Origin: an uncultured Acidobacteriaceae bacterium
Lineage (GTDB): Bacteria > Acidobacteriota > Terriglobia > Terriglobales > Acidobacteriaceae
Assembly (NCBI GenBank): GCA_963788415.1
Contig: CAWBHO010000108.1
Coordinates: forward strand, 4,887 to 68,886
Length of the DNA: 64,000 nt
Direction of reading: 5' to 3'
Numbering within the stretch: position 1 is the first letter of the stretch; each line of letters opens with the position of its first letter. Shown here piece after piece: positions 11,651 through 23,512 of this stretch. The notes below the pieces were generated by a model. The model saw only the letters and a program-made list of their open reading frames with translations, had not been told where the DNA came from and did not search any database. Made by a program: the position numbers and the translations under genes.

Positions 11651-12810
11651 TGGTGTGTCTTACTAATAGAATCGTTTATACATCGAGAGTCATCTTATAG
11701 ACAGAAGACCTCGACATGCGTGTGGCTCCGCCCATTGAATTGAGCGAAGAGGACCGACGGAAGCTGGAGCAGCAATCGCGCGGGCGTTCGATCGCCACCC
11801 GTGTGGTGTTGCGGAGCCGCATTATCCTGCTGGCCGCGGCGGGGTTGGACAACAGGCAGATTGCAGAGAAGCTGAAGGTCGCTCCGCGCATGGCCACGTT
11901 GTGGCGTGACCGCTTCAGCAAGCTGGGCAATCAAGGGTTTGCTGAAGGATGCGCCACGGCCCGGACGCCCCCCGTCGATTACTGCGGAATTGACCGCCTC
12001 CCTGATTGAGAAAACCACCCAAACCACACCCGAAAACGCCACCCATTGGTCTACGCGCACCATGGCGAAAGAGATGGGGATCTCCAAGGCTACGGTTTCG
12101 CGCACCTGGCGCGCCCATGGGCTGAAGCCGCATCGCGTTGACAGTTTCAAGGTCAGCAACGATCCCCTGTTTGCGGAAAAGCTCGAAGATATCGTCGGAT
12201 TTTATCTCAACCCTCCCGAACACGCGCTGGTGTTGTCGGTGGATGAGAAGAGCCAGATCCAAGCCTTGGATCGCACTCAGCCCCGCTTGCCAATGAAAAA
12301 GGGCCGTGGGCAAACCATGACCCACGATTACAAACGCAACGGAACGACAACGTTGTTCGCCGCGCTCAATACCGCGAATGGCGAGGTCTACGGACTTTGT
12401 CAGGAGAAGCACCGGCATCAGGAATGGATGAAGTTGCTGCGCATGATCGACGAGGCTGTGACCGCCGACAAGAATATTCACGTCATCTGCGATAACTACG
12501 GAACACACAATCATCCCAAGGTCCAGCGCTGGCTGGAGCGGAACAAGCGTTTTCATATTGCTGCACGCCCACATCGGCATCCTGGCTGAACATGACCGAA
12601 CGGTTCTTCCGCGACTTGACAGAAAACCGGCTCCGGCGCGGCGTATTCCAGGACCTCGAACAACTCATCATGGGGATTGGAGACTATATCGACAAGCACA
12701 ACCTGAGCCCCAAGCCCTTCATCTGGACCGCAAAAGCCTCCGACATCCTGGAAAAAGTCACACGCGCACGCGCCACCCTTGATAATGGACGATCTGCTTG
12801 AGACACACCA
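11651..12810 (+). mobile_element. IS630-family element (transposase 11716-12801, frameshifted)
   Basis: TIR TGGTGTGTCT/AGACACACCA, CTAG flanks; [45 protein letters not shown]. Confidence 0.9.
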
Positions 12811-12863
12811 CTAGCCTATGTGCACCACCAACTGGCGTAGCCACTTGATCGTTCAAGAACCGG

Positions 12864-13664
12864 TTACTGGCCGGATTCCACAACTTGCAGTAGGGCTACA
12901 CTATTGGCGTACAGCGTGACTGTCTCGCGGCGCGATTCCAATGTGAAAGTTCCTTTACCGTTGCTTCCGTTGTCAGACATGACAATCGAGTCCAATCCAT
13001 AGACACCGCATGCATTCGCAGAAAAAATGCCTAACGACTGTTCTGAATTCGTGGCTTCACAATAGACGGTCGATTCTCCGTTGGCATCATCCCTGGCAAT
13101 AAGCCGAGCAAACACGCCCTGCCTGCGGTTGTAGCCGACCACATCCCCGCTCGGAGACACTACTTCTCTTTCGATGGGAGAGAAACTTTCTCCTCCCACC
13201 AGTATCCTTGTGCCGGTTGTGTCTGTTTCATCCCGATAATGCAAAATGCTGGCTTCATGAGCGACTACAGGACCCGCAATGGCCCTTGCCGTGAGACTCA
13301 CAGGAATTGTGGAAGCATTTTCTGCGATCTCGTCAAAACGAACCGAAAGAGCAGATGGTTTCACGATGGCATACGGAACTGGATTGGGAACAAAGGGCGT
13401 TGATTCGATCACATGCCCGATAAGAATTGTGCCATCCGGAAGAGCCTGACCTCCTGGAAGAAAAACAACTTGAGTCGTTTTTGCGGTGACCGTATCACCA
13501 ATTTTCACCTTGCCCGCAACTAGTGTGCGTGTGAAGATCACCGGAATGGCAGTGGAAGTGGGGATTGTTTCGGCTTGGAGAGGCATTCCTTGCGCTGTCA
13601 AGGCACCGAATCCGACAAGCGCGGCGAGAACCTTTAGTGAGATCGACCTACCTGAATAAACCAT
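12864..13664 (-). CDS. Hypothetical secreted protein
   Basis: 266-aa ORF, hydrophobic N-terminus, AGGAG RBS. Confidence 0.7.
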   Translation of the reverse strand: MVYSGRSISLKVLAALVGFGALTAQGMPLQAETIPTSTAIPVIFTRTLVAGKVKIGDTVTAKTTQVVFLPGGQALPDGTILIGHVIESTPFVPNPVPYAIVKPSALSVRFDEIAENASTIPVSLTARAIAGPVVAHEASILHYRDETDTTGTRILVGGESFSPIEREVVSPSGDVVGYNRRQGVFARLIARDDANGESTVYCEATNSEQSLGIFSANACGVYGLDSIVMSDNGSNGKGTFTLESRRETVTLYANSVALLQVVESGQ

Positions 13665-14145
13665 TGAGAAGCTCCTTCCCTGAGTTGCCTTGCTAAACAG
13701 CGTGAAAGTGTCGCATCAGGCTAACTCTCATAAGCGAAGCAAGTGCGCGCCCGACTTCTTCTTCAGCGTCTCTACCCAAAAGATATGGACACTGGGACAG
13801 GCGATTAGTTGCGCCAATTGCCTGCCCATAACGGCCAACGCGCGGACCGGATCTTCGCTGGCACTAATCTTGGAGGATCCACGGCACAAGTCCACTTGCC
13901 CCCTAACACTAGCGCTCGCTCTTGACGGTTAAAGTTTTCCTAACCTTTGCCGATAGTAGAGCCAGACAGCTCTGGCCGCTAGATTACCACATTGCGAAGT
14001 GTTAGTTACTGTCTCAAAACGGGACAGTAACCAACGCCTTCGGCCTCATGAACTTGGCCAACCCCATAGTGAACGGTATCCGAACATCAACTTGTGCTGT
14101 GGATCGTGAAGCGGCGATCTTGAGGCATGAGAAAGCGCACAAGCC

Positions 14146-15555
14146 TGAGCCGGTCTCGGAAATTCGGACAGCGGGATAAGTGGAAGTTCTGTTCCCCAGC
14201 CGCCTAAAATGGCGCAAAGAGGAGAGCAGATGAGCAGACGACCGCGACGGAACCACACAGCGGCCTTTAAATCCAAGGTGGCATTGGCCGCTCTGAAGGG
14301 CGATAAGACTCTTGCCGAGCTTGCGCAGCATTTCGATGTGCATCCGAACCAGATCACGGAATGGAAGAACCGGCTTCAAGAAGGTGCCGCAGGGGTTTTC
14401 GGAGAGAGCAAGGACGATCCCGCCACTCCCAAGGTGGATGTCACCACACTGCACGCCAAGATCGGCGAGCTGACCCTGGAAAATGATTTTTTAGAAAAGG
14501 CGCTCACAAAAGCGGGATTGCTGAGCGCAAAACGATGATCGATCCCGAACATGAATTGCCGATCGTCAGGCAGACGGAGATTCTTGATATCAGCCGCAGC
14601 AGTGTGTACTACAAGCCGCGTCCAGTTTCGCAAGTGGATCTATGGCTAATGCGCCGCATCGACGAGTTGCATTTGAACTATCCGTTTGCGGGCAGTCGCA
14701 TGCTGCGTGACCTGCTCCGCCAACAGGGACTGGAAGTTGGCCGCAGGCACGTCAAGACGTTGATGAGGCGGATGTGCATCGAGGCCATTTATCGCAAGCC
14801 CAACACCTCGAAGCCGGCGCCAGGAGACCGAATTTATCCATACCTGTTGCGCGATCTGGCCATCGTGCGGCCCAATCAGGTCTGGTCCACGGACATCAGC
14901 TATATCCCCATGGCGCGCGGCTTCGTTTACTTGGTCGCGGTGATTGACTGGTTCAGCCGCAGAGTGCTGGCGTGGAAGTTGTCGATCACTATGGACACAT
15001 CCTTCTGCATCGAAGCCTTGGATGAAGCACTTTCCAAGCATGGGAAACCGGAGATCTTCAACACCGATCAAGGCAGCCAGTTCACGAGCGAAGCCTTCAC
15101 CGGGCGGCTCAAAAAAGAAGGCATCGCCATCAGCATGGACGGCAAGCGACGTTGGTGCGACAACGTCTTCATTGAACGGTTCTGGAAGTCAATCAAATAT
15201 GAGCATGTCTATCTGCACGCTTACGAGTCGGTGCAGGAGGCCAGAACGAAGATCGGCGGCTACATCGATTTCTACAACACAACCCGGCCGCACTCCAGCC
15301 TGAAGGCGCTTACGCCCGATCAGGTATACTTCAACCGACAGCCAGAAGCTCTGGCAGCATAACCTGCGTGAACCAGGCCGTGGAAATGACGGCTTGTGGA
15401 AAGCCCGGAAAACGATGGTGCTGTTTTCCGCCCTTCCCACAAGCCTTGAAAATCGATGAAGCCGATTTTCACATTCCCACCGCCCCGACGACCAACTGAA
15501 TAGGGTTTCCACTTAAGAATCCGAAAAAACTGTCCGAACAACCGGGACCGGCTCA
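14146..15555 (+). mobile_element. IS3-family element (orfA 14230-14538, orfB 14535-15362)
   Basis: TG...CA ends (TGAGCCGGTCTCGG / CCGGGACCGGCTCA), GCC on both flanks, ATGA overlap, WSTDISY, NTDQGSQF, DNVFIERFW. Confidence 0.93.
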
Positions 15556-16133
15556 GCCTGCCGCTGGTACAGAATGCCGCATACCTGGTCACGGGTGACC
15601 ACCTTGCCTCGGGCTCGGGCCAGAAGATCGAGGATGCCGAACTCGGTCGACGTAATCTCGATCGGATCTTCTCCAATCCAGGCGCAGCGCGATGCGGCGC
15701 TCAGCCGCAGCCGTCCGACGGAGATTGTCTCGCTTCTCACGGTCTGCGAGTTCAAAGTCCTGCGTAGCACCGCCGCTATGCGCGCCGCCAACTCTTCGGG
15801 ACCGAACGGTTTGGCCAGATAATCGTCGGCGCCTGTGTTCAGACCTCGCACACAGTCTTCTTGCGCACCGCGCGCCGTGAGCATGATCACGGGCACTGAA
15901 GAGCGCCGGCGCAGTTGCGTGAGCACTTCAAACCCGTCCAGTCCGGGCAGCATAATGTCGAGCAGGATGAGATCAAACCTCTCGTCGAGCGCACGCGCCA
16001 GGCCGGTTGTACCATTATGGGCGGCCTGGACCGCGTAGTCAGACCCAGAGAAGAATTCGTCAATCAGCTGGCACAGGCGCACGTCATCATCAATGATCAG
16101 GATGTTGCACGCACTGTGGTTCTCATTCTCCAT
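15556..16133 (-). pseudogene. OmpR/CpxR-type response regulator, C-terminus cut at IS3
   Basis: ILIIDDD, LLDIMLPGLDG, MLTARG, GADDYLAKPF; winged helix stops at LYQRQA at the IS3 end. Confidence 0.85.
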
Positions 16134-16438
16134 GCTGCATCCTCTTTTATCACACTTCCGTGAGCGCTGATCGGCCAGCATCGGAACCTTAATAATTCTT
16201 GAGACTGTGCCGAGTGGTGGTAGGGGGCGTGTCTGTATTTGCAAATCTTGAGGTTCGCGCAGCGGCATCTGCTGTCCAATGGGATTGGGAAGCCGATAAG
16301 TAGGCTTGGAACCGACTCTGCGAGGCTGGCCGATGCTGCAACGAACCAACGGCACCTCAGCAATCGTTGTTCATTGAGTGATTCCGGGGCTTAGCGCCGA
16401 CTACCTGGATCGTACCGTCTCGGTTTATCGCCAGGTCA

Positions 16439-17330
16439 ATGGAGGAATTTAGCGTGATATCCATCCGAAAATGGTCTCAGATGTCCATGGCAGGCAGTCT
16501 TGCTTTGGCTTGTTTGCTCACCTCAGGCTGCAAATCAAAACCCGCGGGGCCGCCCATGGGGCCTGTGCAGGTATCGGTGATCAAACTGCAGCCACAGCCG
16601 CTGCAATTGAGCACCGAGTTGCCGGGAAGGATAACGGCATATCTGACGGCGGAGATCCGGCCGCAAGTGAATGGCATCATCCAGAAGAGACTATTCCAGG
16701 AAGGCGCGATGGTCCATGCGGGCCAGGTACTTTACCAGATCGACACTGCATCGTATCAGGCGTCCCTGGCACAGGCTAAGGCGAATCTTGCTTCCGCCGA
16801 GGCGAATCTTCCCTCGCTGCAGGCCAAGGCGGACCGCTATCGCGACCTGGCCGTGATCCATGCCGTCGGCCAGCAGGATTACGACGACGCGGTTGCCGCG
16901 CTCAAGCAGGAGCAGGCAACGGTGGAGTCCGACAAGGCGGCCGTAGAGAGCGCTCGCATCAATCTGGCCTACACACCAATCACTTCGCCGATTACCGGGC
17001 GCATCGGCAAATCGAGTGTGACGGTAGGCGGTCTGGTCAGTTCTTACCAGACCACCGCACTCGCGACGGTGCAGCAGCTTGAGCCGGTGTATGTGGATGT
17101 GGTGCAGGCCAACGCTGACCTGCTCCGGTTGCGCACGCGCCTGGCGAACGGGCAGTTGAAATCTTCCGGAGCCCTGGGCAACAAAGTGAAGCTTTACCTC
17201 GAGGATGGCTCGCTCTATCCGATCGAGGGCAAACTGGAATTCCGCGACGTGACCGTGGATACGACCACCGGTTCGGTGACCGTGCGCATTACGTTTGCAA
17301 ATCCGAAGCAGATTCTTCTGCCTGGCATGT
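16439..17330 (+). pseudogene. RND efflux periplasmic adaptor (AcrA-like), truncated by IS4
   Basis: Lipobox LTSGC, AEIRPQVNGII, PITGRIGKS, LLPGM followed directly by the IS4 IR. Confidence 0.88.
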
Positions 17331-18655
17331 CACTGCTGTCCGGTTTAATTTAGTCATGCCGCCGTCAAGCCCATTGCCAAGTATGGTTTATAGCGATTTC
17401 AGGGTGTCCACGATTTGAATTGCGCGTGGCTCATTTGCGATGCTTTCGGGATTCAACGACCGGGAGCGCCGCATGAACACAGGCAAGACGCTGTTTGCGC
17501 AAGTGATGGAGTTTGTGCCGTGGAAGACCTTCGCCCGCATCATCGAACGGCACAAGGGCGATGCGGGAGTACGCACGCTCGGCTGCGCTGACCTTTTTCG
17601 CGTGATGGCCTTTTCTCAACTCACCTGGCGCGAGTCGCTGCGCGACATCGAAGTGTGCCTGGAGGCCAACCAGTCCAAGCTGTTTCACATGGGCATTGCG
17701 ACGCCGCCCGCCCGTTCCACGCTGGCCGATGCGTTGAACCTGCGCGACTGGCGCATCTACCACGCACTGGCCCTGCGGCTGATCGCACACGCCAGAACGC
17801 TGTACGCGCAAGATGCTTCGGTGCTGGGACTCGATGCTTCTGTTTATGCTCTGGACTCCACCACCATCGACTTATGTTTGAGCTTGTTCGACTGGGCGCC
17901 GTTCCGATCTACCAAGGCGGCTATCAAGCTACATACGCTGCTGGACCTGCGGGGCGCGATTCCAGCGTTTATTCACATCAGTGATGGCAAGCTGCACGAT
18001 GTCAACGTGCTCGACATTCTTCTTGTCGAGGCGGGCAGCTTCTACATCATGGACCGGGGATATCTGGACTTCATGCGGCTTTATGCGATGCACCGGGCCG
18101 GAGCCTTCTTCGTCACACGCGCCAAGGAGAACATGGATGCGCGGCGCGTGTATTCGTTTCCCGTGGACCGGGCCAGCGGAATCATCTGTGACCAGCGCGT
18201 CATGCTCAACGGTTTCTACTCGGCAGACAATTACCCGGACCATCTTCGCCGCATTCGCTTCAACGATCCAGAGACAGGCAAGACGCTGGTCTTTCTGACC
18301 AACAACACTGCATTGCCTGCCCAGACCATCGCCGCGCTTTACAAAAGCCGCTGGCAGGTCGAGTTGTTCTTCAAATGGATCAAGCAGCACCTGCGCATCA
18401 AGCGCTTCCTGGCCACCAGCGAGAACGCCGTGAGAAGCCAGATTTGGTGTGCCATCGCCACCTATGTGCTGATCGCTATTGTCAAAAAGGAACTGAAGCT
18501 CGATGCCTCGCTCTACACTTGTCTACAGATTCTGTCGGTATCGATCTTCGAGAAAACCGAGATTTCATGCGCCCTTTAGCCATATCTCAACAGAACTGAC
18601 CAACAAGCCTTCGCTAACCAACTGAATCTATTCGACATCTAACCGGACACTAGTG
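17331..18655 (+). mobile_element. IS4-family element (transposase ORF 17440-18579, intact)
   Basis: IRs CACTGCTGTCCGGTT / AACCGGACACTAGTG; ALDSTTIDL, MDRGY, YKSRWQVELFFKWIKQ. Confidence 0.92.
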
Positions 18656-18659
18656 GGCA

Positions 18660-18965
18660 GTGAGCAATGTTTGGGATCTGTGTGCTCTTCCGCAGGATGT
18701 GTCAGTGGATGTTGCCGTTTTTCACCACTCCTTTGCGCCGGATGGCCTGCGGTACGCCGCCGAGTACATTCGCCGGCGCTGGCCCAGTGCAGTGATCCTT
18801 GTGATCGGCGAGCAAGCCGAGCAGTTGGATGATCCGCTCTACGATGACAAGGTGAGCAGGGGAATCTCGGTGGAGGAATTGGCGCGGATGATTGAGACGT
18901 CAGCGGCAGCCAGGAGAAAGATGAGAAGGGGCGCGCGATTCGGGCGGAGCAGCGCCCGACAGTAG
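18660..18965 (+). pseudogene. Probable 3' fragment of a receiver-like hypothetical gene
   Basis: ORF starts right after the IS4 end; IRRRWPSAVILVIG resembles receiver-domain segments. Confidence 0.4.
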
Positions 18966-19047
18966 GATCAGGCAGAACAGCGGCGGCCTATTTTGCAGGA
19001 CGGTCGCGGGCGATGGCGTCGATTTGCGGGCGCGTGCGGAGGATGCG

Positions 19048-19187
19048 ATGCAGTTGGATGGCAAGCAGGAACGGGCGCTCGCAAGCTCGGGTCCTGGAAT
19101 GTTGCTCCAAGACACGAATAGCTGCGCCCGGCAGCGCACCGATGAAGAACTCGTCATCGCTGCCCAGAATGGAGAGTCTTACGCCTT
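19048..19187 (+). pseudogene. N-terminal fragment of ECF sigma factor
   Basis: GGAGGA RBS; [18 protein letters not shown] region-1.2 motif, then fused to IS5 sequence. Confidence 0.55.
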
Positions 19188-19822
19188 GGATTCGGCCAGT
19201 TGCTCATCCAGCGCATCTGAGTCGTAAGCCTTGTCGCCAATCAGCCTTTCCGGCAATTCGTCGAGGAAGCATCCGGCCAGAACAGCTTCCACAAGCCGGC
19301 ACTCGGCAGGCGAAGCGCTTTCGACAGATATGGCGAGAGGAAGACCGTCACCAGAGGCGATAGCGACGATTTTGGTGCCTTTGCCGCGCTTGGTCGGACC
19401 GACGGCGAAGCCCCCTTTTTGGCGCTCGCAAAGGTCGCATCCACGAACGCTTCATCCAGGTTAAGCTTGCCACGCTCATGCAGATGCCGGGCCAGCAGAC
19501 GAAGCGCCTCGACTAGCTTGCCCTCGCGGACCCATTGCTGAAAGCGCCGGTGGCAGGTCTGGTACGGCGGATACTTCGCCGGCATTTCAGCCCACTGTGC
19601 ACCACTGCCCAGAATCCAGAGCACGCCATTCAAAACCGCCCGCGTGTCGTGCCACGGGACGGCCACGGTTGTCCTCATGCCGCGCTGGGCGCAGGATCGG
19701 CTCCACCAACTCCCACTGTTCGTCTGTCAGTTCCCAACGGCCTGCTATCCCAGTCCGCAGAGACGCCTTGAGCAACTCCAGTTTCGCAGAAATCCCGGAC
19801 GGAAATGTTTACGAGATGGATT
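19188..19822 (-). mobile_element. IS5-family remnant, 3'-truncated and frameshifted
   Basis: [56 protein letters not shown]; one end abuts CTAG 19823-19826. Confidence 0.85.
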
Positions 19823-19826
19823 CTAG

Positions 19827-21327
19827 TACTACTGTGTTATAAACTAGATTCCTCTCTGCAAGATTCCCGGCATTTGCCTGCAGGTATGGTTGTAGCTTGT
19901 CTGCATGGGCGCCAAGTCGGGAACTTCAGGTCGCCCGGCAGCAACGGCTGACGAGCTATCTTGATCGTCTGGCGGAAGCTGCCGGGCATGCGGATCGTGC
20001 TGTTCCTCTCAAGTTGTACTGCACCGGGCTGCTGCTGCCCGGGGAGCGCAAGTCGGTCGAGCCGATGGCGGCGCGGCTGGCTCCGGACAACGTCCGGCGC
20101 ATGCATCAGTCGTTGCACCATGTGGTGGCCGATGCTGCCTGGAGCGATGAGGCCCTGTTGGGCTGCGACGCGCGACTATGCGCTGGCGGCGATGACCAAG
20201 ACCGGCCCTGTCGTGGCCTGGATCGTCGACGATACCGGCCTGCCGAAAAAGGGCACCCATTCGGTGGGTGTTGCGCGACAGTATTGCGGACAGACAGGCA
20301 AGCAGGATAACTGCCAGGTGGCCGTCAGCCTGTCGGTGGCCACATGGACAGCCAGTTTGCCCATCGCCTACCGTTTATATCTGCCGGAAAGCTGGGCCAA
20401 CGACAGCCAGCTCAGACAACAGGCCAAGATTCCGAACGACATTGCTTTTCAGACCAAGCTGGAGATCGCGCTCGGCCAGATCCGCCAGGCAATCGCCGAC
20501 GGAATTCCCCGGGGAACCGTGCTGGCCGACCCGGCATACGGCAACGATACGGGCTTTCGTCAAGCTGTAGCAAAACTGGAACTGAGCTATGTGCTGGGCA
20601 TCCAAAGCACCACCACCGTCTGGCCACCGGGAACACAGCCACTGCCCGCACCTGAATACTCAGGCCGCGGCCGGCCAGCCAACCGCGTGCGCCGCGATGC
20701 GGAACATGCACCGGTATCAGCCAAGCAACTGGCGCTGAGCTTGCCGGCCAAGGCATGGAAAACCGTGAAATGGCGGGAAGGCACACGTCATCCTCTGCGC
20801 TCCCGCTTCGCCGCCGTGCGCGTCCGCGCTGCACATCGCGACCACAAACTCCGCCAGCCGCGAGAGCAGGAGTGGCTGCTCATCGAGTGGCCTCGCGGAG
20901 AAAGCGAACCGCGCAAATACTGGATGTCGAACCTGACGAAAAGCACCCGATTGCGCGACCTGGTCGCTCTGGCCAAACAACGCTGGATCATCGAACGCGA
21001 TTATGAAGAACTGAAACAGGAACTCGGCCTGGGCCACTTCGAAGGCCGCGGCTGGCGCGGCTTTCATCATCACGCGACACTCTCGATCGCCGCCTATGGC
21101 TTCCTGGTGGCCGAACGGAGTCGCTTTTCCCCCTCGGCCCGCGGCGGGCATCTTGGACTATCAGCCCCCGAACTGCCGCCTAACTTCCAGCCCCGAGGTT
21201 CGCATCCGCCCGGAACGGCATAACCCGCACTCCATCGCCTCATTACGCATCCTCCTGGCCCGCTCCCTGCTCCGCCAGCTGTGTCCATGCCCGTTCTGCG
21301 GCGTTCATCGTTTATAACACAGTAGTA
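19827..21327 (+). mobile_element. IS701-family element, copy 2 (inverted relative to copy 1; frameshift near 20165)
   Basis: Same TIRs and CTAG flanks as copy 1; near-identical transposase. Confidence 0.93.
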
Positions 21328-21444
21328 CTAGCATCTAGCTGAAGAATGCAAGCATTACTCGTCAAATATGGAATATGGCGGTAAGGCCGGTGCGTTGTGC
21401 TTGATATACGGGGAAGCGCATCTGTTTGGCAGTTCAGATCCAGC

Positions 21445-21714
21445 TCAACTCTGTGACGGCATACGTCCCGCACCGCTTGGCGACACGAGAAGTGAATCCA
21501 CGGCCTCCCGTTTGGCATCATCATCCAGGTGTGCGTATCGCGCGGTAATGGCCAAAGTCTTGTGTCCTGCCAATTCCTTGATGGCCACGAGATTGACTTT
21601 GCGCATCGCCAGGCGAGAGCAGAAGGTATGCCGATTGTCGTGCCACCGATAATCGTGCACTCCTGCTTGTTCGCGTACGTCCTCCCACCATGACCTTGGG
21701 AGCGTATCGAATAC
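21445..21714 (-). pseudogene. C-terminal fragment of tyrosine recombinase/integrase
   Basis: WHDNRHTFCSRL (HxxR), LAGHKT, TARYAH (catalytic Tyr); frame open up to the IS4 end. Confidence 0.85.
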
Positions 21715-23229
21715 AATTGCTGTCCAAGATAGACCGATTGCTCTCCCGGCTTGAGGAGTGAGGTTGGGGGCTGATCCCGGTTACTCTGGAGTGGGTTCCT
21801 GCACAGGACCACCGACAGAGACGAGAGGATCAGCCATGACTCCAGTCATGCAGTGTCTACTCGCAGCTTTTGCAACTTCTTTCACGCGGACAGTTCGCCC
21901 AGGCTGTCAAACAACATCGAGCCGAGTTCGGCGCCAAGGGGTTCACGTGCTGGGAGCAGTTCGTGGCCATGCTGTTTTGCCAGGTGGCGCATTTGAACTC
22001 GCTGCGCGAAGTCTGCCTGGGGCTGGCTGGATGCGAATCGCCGCTGAAGCATCTGGGCATCGGCACCGCGCCGAAGAAATCGACCCTGGCCTATGCCAAC
22101 GCCAATCGCCCCTGGGAACTCTACCAGTCGATATTCACTCAGTTGCTGGGAAAGTGTCAGGCCGAGACAGCGACGCGCAGTTGCCGCAAGTTTCGTTTCA
22201 AGAACAAGCTGATGAGCCTGGATGGCAGCATCACGCGAGTTATCGGCCACCATGTTCGACTGGGCCAAGTACCGCCAGCGGAAGGGCGCCATCAAGTTAC
22301 ATCTGTTGTTGGACCACGACGGCTATCTGCCCTCGTTCGCGGTCGTGACCGACGGCAAATATAGCGAACTGAAAGTGGCGCGGAGCTTGTCACTCGAAGC
22401 GGGTACGATCCTGGCCATCGATCGCGGCTACAACGATTACGTGTGGTTCGCGCAGCTAACTGGCGACGGAGTCTTCTTTGTAACTCGCATGAAGACCAAC
22501 ACGGTCTACACGACAGTTGAGGTCTGTGCGGTTCCAGAAAAGGGCAACGTGCTCAGCGACCAGATTGTCTCTCTGCCCGCTCTGGACAAAGATAGTGAGG
22601 CGCCGGTTCTGTTCCGGCGCATCGAGTACTGGAACGCGGCCAAGCAGGAGATCCTGGTGTTCTTTACCAATCTTCTGCACTTGGCGGCTTCGACGGTGGC
22701 CGCGATCTACAAGGACCGCTGGGGGATCGAACTGTTTTTCAAGGCGCTGAAACAAACCGCTAAAGTGAAGTCGTTCCTGGGCACCAGCGCCAATGCCGTC
22801 AAGACGCAGATCTGGACCGCTTTGATCGCCATGCTCATTTTGAAGTACCTGCAGATGAAGTCCAGCTTTGGCTGGTCGCTTTCCAATCTGGCGGCCCTCG
22901 TGCGCCAGCAACTGTTCATCTTCAGGGACTTGTGGGCGTGGCTCAACAATCCGCTGGAGGGACCGCCAGCCGCAAGGCAACTGGCCGAGCAGTTACCCAT
23001 GCCACTCATGTGGCAGCCATAAGTGGGACAGCAGAAGAAATGCAAGCATCCACCTGAGCCCGTACACAGCACTTACACGATCATAACTTGGACAGCAGGA
23101 TGCCGGAAACGTAGAAGACCCTCCAGTGCGAGTCATCGAAGAAACCGGACGCTATCGCCGGGAGAGGATACCTATGCCCTGTGAAATCAACCGCTCAATT
23201 CACAGAAAATGCTGTCTTGGACAAGAGTG
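21715..23229 (+). mobile_element. IS4-family element, frameshifted transposase (~21837-23022)
   Basis: Left IR AATTGCTGTCCAAG; right-IR-like CTTGGACAGCAGGA (23087) and CTTGGACAAGAGTG (23216); IDRGY, YKDRWGIELFFKALKQ. Confidence 0.85.
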
Positions 23230-23425
23230 AGAAGTGGACTGCAGCATTTACCTACGCGAGAACTTCTTGCGCACCACGACTTCACCGCGCAGGTTAAGTC
23301 CACTCAGATCAAAGACGGTCTTGCCAAGATCGATGCAGATTGTGTGTAGTTCCATGGGACGCCTCCTTCGTACGTTGCTTATACCTCAGTTAAGGCTGGG
23401 TAAAGGCGGCGGACCACTCCATCAA
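23230..23425 (-). mobile_element. IS110/IS1111-family remnant (left end and transposase N-terminus)
   Basis: AGGAGG then ATG at 23355: MELHTICIDLGKTVFDLSGLNLRGEVVVRKKFSR; end motif TTGATGGAGTGGTCCGCC. Confidence 0.72.
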
Positions 23426-23512
23426 GTATTCCACCGCCGGAACTTGGTTTCGTAGGCATTTGTCATGCAGGCATGGCTCATTGAACACCTGAGCGATGTT
23501 CGAGGTGAAGAT

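Larger units (their letters stand above)
8478..23425. mobile_element. Decayed tRNA-anchored genomic island / IS cluster
   Basis: Starts after tRNA-Leu; lower-GC cargo, eight IS copies or remnants, integrase fragment; housekeeping genes resume at pckG; no attR seen. Confidence 0.7.

Noticed and set aside
14014-14145. C-terminal half of the response regulator beyond IS3
   Set aside because: Joining across the GCC match gives QACALSHASRSPL, which is not a winged-helix end; the 3-bp match may be chance
23230-23425. Functional IS1111 bridge-RNA system
   Set aside because: Only the left end and ~40 codons remain, with an internal stop
8455-23510. attR duplication of the tRNA-Leu 3' end
   Set aside because: No second copy of CCCTCCGGGCACCA found by eye
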